A stretch of 64,000 bases of DNA. Source: an uncultured Bacilli bacterium. GTDB lineage: Bacteria; Bacillota_I; Bacilli_A; RFN20; CAG-631. The first letter of the stretch is position 1, and each line of letters opens with the position of its first letter. The notes below the pieces were generated by a model, which searched no databases, had not been told where the DNA came from, and was given only the letters and a program-made list of their open reading frames with translations. A program made the position numbers and the translations under genes. The DNA is taken from assembly GCA_947627355.1 (NCBI GenBank), contig CANQVX010000007.1:14952-78951 (forward strand), given 5' to 3'. Below are positions 57,504 through 64,000 of this stretch, one piece after another.

Positions 57504-59012
57504 ATGGAAGAAAAAAATTTTGATGTAACTGTGGGATCTGGAATTATTTCAATATTTCAAAGACAAAACTTTAGATTAGAAAGGGTGTTTTCTGAGTTTA
57601 TTGATAATTCCCTACAAAGTTTTTTAGATCATCAAGACGTTTTAAAAAAACTTGCTGATGGTGAAAAGTGTAAGGTTTCAATTTTTTGGGATGGAAATAA
57701 AATAGTTATCAAAGACAACGCGTTTGGCATGAATGAAGAAGAGTTCGGTCGAGCGTTAAAATTAAAGGCAACAAACCCTGATGCATTAAAAAACGATCAA
57801 TTGAGTGTATATGGTATGGGATTAAAATATGCTTCGGTATATTTGGGAAATCATTACAGTATATCTTCCACAGCATATAATTCTGATATTCGTTATTTTG
57901 CAGAAATTGATGTACCAAAATTTGAAACAAATAACCCTACATCTGTTCCTGCAAAATTAAATAGCGAAAATCCAGAAGTTCATGAAACAGTCGTTACTAT
58001 TACTGATTTAAGAATAAAAAGAACACCAGCCAAAGAAAACGATTTGCGCGAAAAATTAGGTACAATTTATAACCATTATATGCACAGCGGAACTCTATCA
58101 ATTTTTTTAAACAATATTCCTGTAGTATATCACCTGCCTGAATTGAGACCTAATGAAAATGGTGGAAGGTATTATAGTAATTTTAACGATTCGTTTACTA
58201 TTAATGGTAAAACATATAATTTTTCTGGATGGATTGGAATATTAAATAAAGGTAATCAAAGTATAACAGGATTGAATTTAATTCAAGCTAATAGGTGTAT
58301 AGAATTAGGATATAAGCCAGAAAAATTATTTGGAAAAGGAAACTCATTTCAAAATTCAAGAGTTGTTGGAGAAGTTGTTTTTAATGGTGATAATTATGTT
58401 CTTTCATTTAATAAAGATAAATTTGTTTGGGCTGATGATGGAGCGGAAGACGCTTTTATCAATAAATTAAAAAGCAATTCTGATGTTGCATGTATTATTA
58501 AAACTTCAAAAAAAATATCTTTTACAGACGATGAAGAAAAAGCAAAAGAAAAAACATCTAAATCATTTACTAAAAGTTCCGTTATTTCTGTTATAAATGA
58601 ACCGAAAGTAGATAGTACACTAATTTTAAATACAGATGATAGTACATCTACTGATACAACTAATCAACCAACAACTATTACTGCACCGGTTACAACTAAT
58701 AAATATATTAAGTTTCAAATTGTAGTGGAGGATAAAAATGTTCCACTATATGTTGATACATGGCAAGGATCTAAAACTGATGACTGGATTATATTCGAAA
58801 AATATGAAGATGGTTATTTACTTCGTGTTAATTATGAAAACGAGTTTATTTGTAATAAATTTAGTACTCAAAAATCGAAAGTTGCTTCAAACACAATAGC
58901 TATTGTAATAGTGACTAGCATGTTAATGTCACAAAATCTTGGGGTGAAATTAACAGATTCCAAAACACTATTGAAGACTATAAACAAAATTATGGGTGAA
59001 AAAAATGAATAA
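57504..59012 (+). CDS. GHKL-superfamily (MORC/MutL-like HATPase_c) ATPase
   Basis: N-box EFIDNS, G1 box KDNAFGMN, G2 box YGMGLKYAS; ATG 57504 one nt after MTase stop. Confidence 0.7.
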   Translation: MEEKNFDVTVGSGIISIFQRQNFRLERVFSEFIDNSLQSFLDHQDVLKKLADGEKCKVSIFWDGNKIVIKDNAFGMNEEEFGRALKLKATNPDALKNDQLSVYGMGLKYASVYLGNHYSISSTAYNSDIRYFAEIDVPKFETNNPTSVPAKLNSENPEVHETVVTITDLRIKRTPAKENDLREKLGTIYNHYMHSGTLSIFLNNIPVVYHLPELRPNENGGRYYSNFNDSFTINGKTYNFSGWIGILNKGNQSITGLNLIQANRCIELGYKPEKLFGKGNSFQNSRVVGEVVFNGDNYVLSFNKDKFVWADDGAEDAFINKLKSNSDVACIIKTSKKISFTDDEEKAKEKTSKSFTKSSVISVINEPKVDSTLILNTDDSTSTDTTNQPTTITAPVTTNKYIKFQIVVEDKNVPLYVDTWQGSKTDDWIIFEKYEDGYLLRVNYENEFICNKFSTQKSKVASNTIAIVIVTSMLMSQNLGVKLTDSKTLLKTINKIMGEKNE

Positions 59013-61191
59013 ACTCACGATAACGGAAGTTATAAACAATAACTCAACTGATACTATTAAAAATCCAACTTTTAGTGGTTATCATATTACAAAGTTTAAA
59101 GAAAATCTTGAACAAGAAGAAAGTTCAGAAACAGTTGGACATATTCTTTCTAACGCCTATCAATCAATCAATTATTTTAAAAATCCTAATAATGTTTCCG
59201 ATGAACAAAATCCGATGAAAATATTATGTTTAGGTAAAGTTCAAAGTGGTAAAACATCATTCTTTTTAGCAACGACAGCGTTGGCTTTTGACAATGGATA
59301 TGATATTGCATATATTTTAGGTGGCACAAAATTAAAACTAAAGGAACAAAATTTAGGAAGAATTATTAAATCTTTTAAAAATAATGAAAAAATAAAAATT
59401 TTTGATGTTAATAATTTGTTTAACGAAAATATACCTTCTTTAATAAAAGCCGGTTATAAAATTATTTTGGTTATCTTGAAAAATGCTGCAGAAAAGACAA
59501 ATTTAGGAAAATTAAAAAAATTTTCTGAAATATATTATTCTATTCCTGCTGTAATAATCGATGATGAAGGCGATGAATACACTCCGGGAGCAGAAAAACA
59601 AAAGAAAAAGAATTCGAGAGCCGGCAAAACACATGATAAAATTGTAGATATCATCACATCGTTTAAAATATGTACTTTTTTATCTGTAACAGCTACGCCT
59701 CAAGCTAATTTATTGGTTTCAACTTATGATGGTATATCGCCAAATAGATTAGTCCTTGTAAAACCTGGAAAAGGTTATACTGGAGGCAGAGAATTTTTTG
59801 ACACAAAAGATAATCCTCATGTTTCTATCATTGATGATACAGACGATTTTGTTGATTCGATACCTAGTTCATTTAAAGAAGCACTATATTTCTTTATATT
59901 TGCCTGTTCGATGAAACGCTCGAAGGGAGATAAAGAACCATTTTCAATGTTAGTACATCCATCATCTTTTCATGCAGTTCAAGAAGTTGTTGCAAGTAGG
60001 ATAAAAAATTTTATAAATAATTCGTTGAATCCAATTATTTTGAATAAAAGGTCTATTGAATTTGATGATTTAGTTAATGAAATTGAAAATGTTTTTATGC
60101 AATATAAAAAGATATATGGACAAAATGACATTGAATTTGAAAAAGTAATTAACGAATTGCCTGGCGTTGTTGAAAATCTTATGATTCAAATAATTAACTA
60201 TGCAAGTTCCGATGATGGAGATGAAAAAAAAGACACTCCTAAATACAAAATTAAAGTCGGAGGCAATATGCTAGGAAGAGGGCTTACTATTGATAGATTA
60301 ATAGTTTCATATATCTATAGGGATTCTAAAGAAGCACAAGTAGACACAATGTATCAAAGATGTAGATGGTTTGGTTATAAAGCAAATTACTTTGATGTAT
60401 GCAAAGTTTTTATGACCGCAGAACTACAAGATAAATTTATGGCAATTGTTTCAAATGAAGATCATATGTGGAATTCAATGGAGGCTTTCTTAAATACACA
60501 AATTGATTTAAAAAAATTTAAAAGAATATTTTTGCTCGAAAATGATAAATTAGTTTTAACTCGAAAAAGTGTTTCGAATACTATAACGCTTAAAGTTATT
60601 TCTTCAGGAAATAAAGCAGATGAAAGCATATATTTAAATAAGGAAGAAATGGAACATAATCGAAAAATTTACATAGAATATTGTAAAAATAATAAACATA
60701 ATGGCGAACTAGTTGATTTTGATAATTCCAAGGAACACAATCAAAGACATCTATTAATTAAAGAAAGTTTTATAAATTTTTATAATGTATTTTTATCTAA
60801 AATTATTTTTGGTTATGGTAGTCCATTTAGTGCGCAACTTTTTCAAGTTATGGTAGATAAAATAAAACGTGGCGAACAAGAAGATGATATCTTAATTATG
60901 TTAATGAGATATGGTAATGGGGAATACCGTTCTCCAAGCGATAGTACAATGATGAATATTTCTAGATTGTTTCAAGGTAGAAATGATGGCACAAAATTTA
61001 CGGGAGATAGGTATCCAACAGATATAAATGGAGTTGATTATAGTAAAATTCCTTTTATACAAATTCATATGGTGGATATTTATAACAAAGAACCAAATAT
61101 TAACGAATCAATTCCTTTAATTTCTTACAACAGTCCATTAACATCAGAAGTAATTAAAATGGTAACGGGAGATAATGTTTATGAAGAATGA
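59005..61191 (+). CDS. Z1-domain SF2 helicase-like ATPase (DEAD-Z1 motor)
   Basis: Walker A GKVQSGKTS, Walker B IIDDEGDE, motif III SVTATPQAN; overlaps upstream stop. Confidence 0.75.
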   Translation: MNKLTITEVINNNSTDTIKNPTFSGYHITKFKENLEQEESSETVGHILSNAYQSINYFKNPNNVSDEQNPMKILCLGKVQSGKTSFFLATTALAFDNGYDIAYILGGTKLKLKEQNLGRIIKSFKNNEKIKIFDVNNLFNENIPSLIKAGYKIILVILKNAAEKTNLGKLKKFSEIYYSIPAVIIDDEGDEYTPGAEKQKKKNSRAGKTHDKIVDIITSFKICTFLSVTATPQANLLVSTYDGISPNRLVLVKPGKGYTGGREFFDTKDNPHVSIIDDTDDFVDSIPSSFKEALYFFIFACSMKRSKGDKEPFSMLVHPSSFHAVQEVVASRIKNFINNSLNPIILNKRSIEFDDLVNEIENVFMQYKKIYGQNDIEFEKVINELPGVVENLMIQIINYASSDDGDEKKDTPKYKIKVGGNMLGRGLTIDRLIVSYIYRDSKEAQVDTMYQRCRWFGYKANYFDVCKVFMTAELQDKFMAIVSNEDHMWNSMEAFLNTQIDLKKFKRIFLLENDKLVLTRKSVSNTITLKVISSGNKADESIYLNKEEMEHNRKIYIEYCKNNKHNGELVDFDNSKEHNQRHLLIKESFINFYNVFLSKIIFGYGSPFSAQLFQVMVDKIKRGEQEDDILIMLMRYGNGEYRSPSDSTMMNISRLFQGRNDGTKFTGDRYPTDINGVDYSKIPFIQIHMVDIYNKEPNINESIPLISYNSPLTSEVIKMVTGDNVYEE

Positions 61192-62113
61192 ATTTAAATA
61201 TGTTTCTGATATTAGTAACGAAACATTTGAAACAAATGTTGTTTTACCTTTTTTAAATGAAGAAGGAAGACCATGTATTTTAATAAAAAACAGTAAAAAC
61301 AAAGAAAATATCGTTGAGGGTTCGACCGACAATTTAGAATATCATCTAAATTCTTTGTTTATAAAAGATGAAAAAAGATATTATTTTCATATGATTTCGT
61401 GTTTGAAATCAGATGGTTATTCTAAAGAACAATTTAATATAGCTTATGAATATCTTTTTAAAACTATGGATTCTCCTAAAAGTGATACTGAGATAGGTTC
61501 GCTTATTAATTCTTTAGAACAACTTTTCAAAGTAACACCCGAAAAAGATAATTTTAAATTGCTTCTAGGAGTTTATGGTGAGTTGTTATTTGTTTTATTC
61601 GCGCACAATTGTGGATGTAATGAAATCTTAACTAAATATCATCCAAATTTCTTTTCAAAACATGATTTTGAAATAGATAGATATAATAGAATTGAAGTTA
61701 AAAGTACTGTTGATTCTAAAAGAATACATCACTTTTCACATGATCAAATTTTTCGAGAAGATGTTAACGTTTATGTGGTTTCTATAATTCTTGAAGAGTC
61801 TTCAGAAGGTGTGTCTTTGAATGAATTATTTGAAAAAGTATTAGAATTTTCTTTTGATCCTAAAACAACTTTATGGTTGGGACAATTGAAAGGATTTTGC
61901 GGAGTGTCCAAAGAAAACCCTGGGCCATCTTTTTCTTATGAAAAAGCATTGCAAGATTTAAAAATATTTAACGCAACAGATTTGCCACATTTAAAATTAG
62001 AAGGAATAAATGGAATAACTAACGTTTCATACAACGTTGATTGTTCTATGAGTGATAATTTAGACACTGCTGTGTTTATTAATAAAATAAATAAAATTAT
62101 TGAAAATAAATAG
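61181..62113 (+). CDS. PD-(D/E)xK motif nuclease-like protein
   Basis: KHDFEIDRYNRIEVKST (D...ExK); start overlaps Z1 stop; typical partner of Z1/GHKL genes. Confidence 0.6.
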   Translation: MKNEFKYVSDISNETFETNVVLPFLNEEGRPCILIKNSKNKENIVEGSTDNLEYHLNSLFIKDEKRYYFHMISCLKSDGYSKEQFNIAYEYLFKTMDSPKSDTEIGSLINSLEQLFKVTPEKDNFKLLLGVYGELLFVLFAHNCGCNEILTKYHPNFFSKHDFEIDRYNRIEVKSTVDSKRIHHFSHDQIFREDVNVYVVSIILEESSEGVSLNELFEKVLEFSFDPKTTLWLGQLKGFCGVSKENPGPSFSYEKALQDLKIFNATDLPHLKLEGINGITNVSYNVDCSMSDNLDTAVFINKINKIIENK

Positions 62114-62175
62114 TAAAAAATTAAATAATTACAGACAATTATCAATAAACTTGATTAGAAAAATTTAATAAATAA

Positions 62176-62223
62176 AAAGTTCTTTAAACATTGGTTATAC
62201 CAATCAATTTAAAGAACTTTTTT
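62176..62223. terminator. nested-hairpin bidirectional terminator
   Basis: perfect 13-bp arms AAAGTTCTTTAAA / TTTAAAGAACTTT enclosing inner ATTGGT/ACCAAT stem, then T-run. Confidence 0.6.
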
Positions 62224-62243
62224 ATTGATTCTATCGATAGATT

Positions 62244-62864
62244 TTATAATATTTCTTTTTTTAATTCTAATCTATCTTCATCAGTTATTTGACGTCTTAC
62301 TTTACAAGGATTACCAAAAGCTAAACTATTAGCAGGTATATCTCTAGTAACTACACTACCAGCACCAATAACACAACCTTCGTTAATAGTAACACCACCA
62401 CAAATAGTAACATTACCAGCAATCCAACAATTATCTTTAATGGTTATAGGTGCACCATATTCTTTATCAGTTACATAATTTTTATTTTCATCATAGTATT
62501 GATTTCTATCTTGATATCTTAAGGGATGTAATGGTGTATAGATTGATACATTAGGACCGAAATAAACATTATTTCCAATACTAACCTTACAGATATCTAA
62601 AACAGTAAAGTTAAAGTTGGCATAAACATTATCACCCATAGATGTAAAGATACCATAATCAAAATAAAAAGGACCTTGTAAATAAACATTGTTACCTCTA
62701 TTTGGAATCAACTTATCTAAGATTTCATTTCTTTTTGTTGTTTCTTCTTCTAAAGTATCATTATATTCTTTAGATAAACGATGAGCAGTTTGTCTTAGTT
62801 TTAATAATTCACTATCATTAGGATCATATATCTTTCCTTGTAACATTCTTTCTTTTTCAGTCAT
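62244..62864 (-). CDS. maa: sugar O-acetyltransferase (maltose/galactoside acetyltransferase family, hexapeptide repeat)
   Basis: left-handed beta-helix hexapeptide repeats; ATG 62864 with AAGGAG RBS; ORF-track TTG 62921 is probably the -35 element. Confidence 0.8.
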   Translation of the reverse strand: MTEKERMLQGKIYDPNDSELLKLRQTAHRLSKEYNDTLEEETTKRNEILDKLIPNRGNNVYLQGPFYFDYGIFTSMGDNVYANFNFTVLDICKVSIGNNVYFGPNVSIYTPLHPLRYQDRNQYYDENKNYVTDKEYGAPITIKDNCWIAGNVTICGGVTINEGCVIGAGSVVTRDIPANSLAFGNPCKVRRQITDEDRLELKKEIL

Positions 62865-62892
62865 ATCTATATCTCCTTTTTTGTCGGTTAAA

Positions 62893-62921
62893 TTATAATA
62901 TTGATTTTTATTATTTTGCAA
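62893..62921 (-). promoter_or_regulatory. promoter of maa (minus strand TTGCAA-17-TATAAT)
   Basis: -10 = plus 62893-62898, -35 = plus 62916-62921. Confidence 0.55.
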
Positions 62922-63012
62922 TACTTTTTCGATGTAATAAAAATATTACATCCAAATTTCTAATAATAAACAAATAAATAATATAATGAAACCGAAAGGT
63001 AAGGTGTTTATA

Positions 63013-63231
63013 ATGGAAGGACAATACACGTGGGAAAAATTAATGAAATTGTCAATGAGCCAATTAAAAGAAATAGCCCTCAAAGAAGCAAAGAAACGCA
63101 ACTTTATAATGGCAGATATACATATGATAGAACGAATGGAACAATTGGAAATAAAGTACAACGTTATGGAAATGATATTAGAACCAACGTGGACAAGCGA
63201 AGACTTCGCGACGGACGTTCTTTTAGATTAA
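63013..63231 (+). CDS. hypothetical small protein
   Basis: 72 aa from ATG 63013 with AAGGTG RBS. Confidence 0.3.
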   Translation: MEGQYTWEKLMKLSMSQLKEIALKEAKKRNFIMADIHMIERMEQLEIKYNVMEMILEPTWTSEDFATDVLLD

Positions 63232-63248
63232 CAATCCATTTTGTCTAG

Positions 63249-63277
63249 TTGAAAACAATAAAGTTAATAGCTATAAT
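63249..63277 (+). promoter_or_regulatory. consensus sigma-A promoter for glxK (TTGAAA-17-TATAAT)
   Basis: -35 63249-63254, -10 63272-63277; 60-nt leader carries TGTCGG ... TCGACAA inverted motif. Confidence 0.6.
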
Positions 63278-63337
63278 AAAACTGTCGGAAATAAAACAAT
63301 TGATTCTATCGACAATTTTATGAAAGGCAAGATAAAC

Positions 63338-64000
63338 ATGAATATATTAGTATTATCTGATAAATTCAAAAATACCATCTCATCAAAGAAAATAGGAATG
63401 TTATGTAAAGATGTCTTTGAAAAACAAAACCATAAGGTAACATATTTACCTATTTCTGATGGTGGTGATGGTTTTCTTGATAGTATTGGTTACTATAATG
63501 ATGTAGTAAAAGTTTATTGTAACACCTATGATGCTTATAAAAACAAAATAAAAACATATTATCTAAGAAAAGATAATATAGCTTATATTGAAATAGCAAA
63601 AATAATAGGTATTAGAAAAAACTCATCATATGATATCCTAAATGCTACTTCTTATGGACTAGGAAAAGTAATACTACATGCTATCAAAAATAATGTTGAT
63701 ACCTTTTATATTGGACTAGGTGGTAGTCTTACTAATGATGCCGGACTAGGAATGTTATTAGCATTAGGTTATAAATTTGATAATGATAAGATAATTATTC
63801 CTGATATCATTATAAATAATAAATTTACTTTTCATATTATTAGTGATGTAACGAATCCTTTACTTGGTAGTAATGGTGCTACATATGTCTTTTCAAAACA
63901 AAAAGGAGCCAAAGAAAAACAACTACCAATACTAGAACAAAATATATTGAATCTATCGATAAAAATAAATAAATTCTATAACATAGATTATACCAATTAT
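63338..64000 (+). CDS. glxK: glycerate kinase, N-terminal part (continues beyond window)
   Basis: MNILVLSDKFK...LPISDGGDGFLD glycerate kinase N-terminus. Confidence 0.8.
   Translation, partial: MNILVLSDKFKNTISSKKIGMLCKDVFEKQNHKVTYLPISDGGDGFLDSIGYYNDVVKVYCNTYDAYKNKIKTYYLRKDNIAYIEIAKIIGIRKNSSYDILNATSYGLGKVILHAIKNNVDTFYIGLGGSLTNDAGLGMLLALGYKFDNDKIIIPDIIINNKFTFHIISDVTNPLLGSNGATYVFSKQKGAKEKQLPILEQNILNLSIKINKFYNIDYTNY

Noticed and set aside
62865-62921. N-terminal 19 residues of ORF 62244-62921 (TTG start)
   Set aside because: The TTG at 62919-21 coincides with the -35 hexamer (TTGCAA) of a TATAAT promoter. A downstream ATG (62864) has a consensus AAGGAG RBS and gives a protein length typical for Maa/LacA acetyltransferases.

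Overview
Chromosomal segment from a low-GC (AT-rich), apparently spore-forming Firmicute with Bacillus-like synteny (Bacilli or Erysipelotrichia-like; I cannot be more specific from sequence alone).

**Core genes (1-47 kb).** 3-prime end of rseP/rasP, polC, a C-terminally short glmU-like gene, prs, rplM-rpsI, cwlD, tsaC-rpiB, the complete atpIBEFHAGDC operon, small membrane proteins, a SpoIIQ-like degenerate M23 protein, a lipoprotein and yigZ. Then a GH20 hexosaminidase, cspA, comFC/comFA, gatCAB, a MacB-type fused ABC transporter, a 7-tRNA operon on the minus strand (Ala-Met-Ile2-Ser-fMet-Asp-Phe, the same order as part of B. subtilis trnB), ispH, an SPFH/NfeD pair, murF-ddl, an AlbA_2/HATPase regulator, an epimerase + EFR1 ferredoxin pair, deoD, copZ and cwlJ.

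**Accessory module 1 (47.2-54 kb).** A 1938-aa RHS/YD-repeat polymorphic toxin whose C-terminal ~195 aa is a glycine-zipper, membrane-protein-like domain, followed by a small multi-TM immunity candidate and a convergent orphan gene. The core gene rlmD separates this from module 2.

**Accessory module 2 (55.5-62.1 kb).** The most interesting part of the window: a six-gene, translationally coupled restriction/defence operon. It encodes an XRE C-protein, a 173-aa putative nuclease, an m5C DNA methyltransferase, a MORC-like GHKL ATPase, a DEAD-Z1 SF2 motor and a PD-(D/E)xK protein. The window ends with maa and the start of glxK.

**Other observations.** A G9 homopolymer sits inside a promoter spacer (phase-variation candidate). 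An A6-associated frameshift separates an RBS-equipped ATG from the main AlbA_2/HATPase ORF. MurF carries a multi-TM N-terminus in place of its normal N-domain. A recurrent AT-rich TTGTCGG/TCGACAA motif family lies in intergenic regions, including promoter-proximal positions at maa and glxK and the borders of the accessory modules. Two nested-hairpin terminators bound the islands. No CRISPR array, transposase or integrase was seen.
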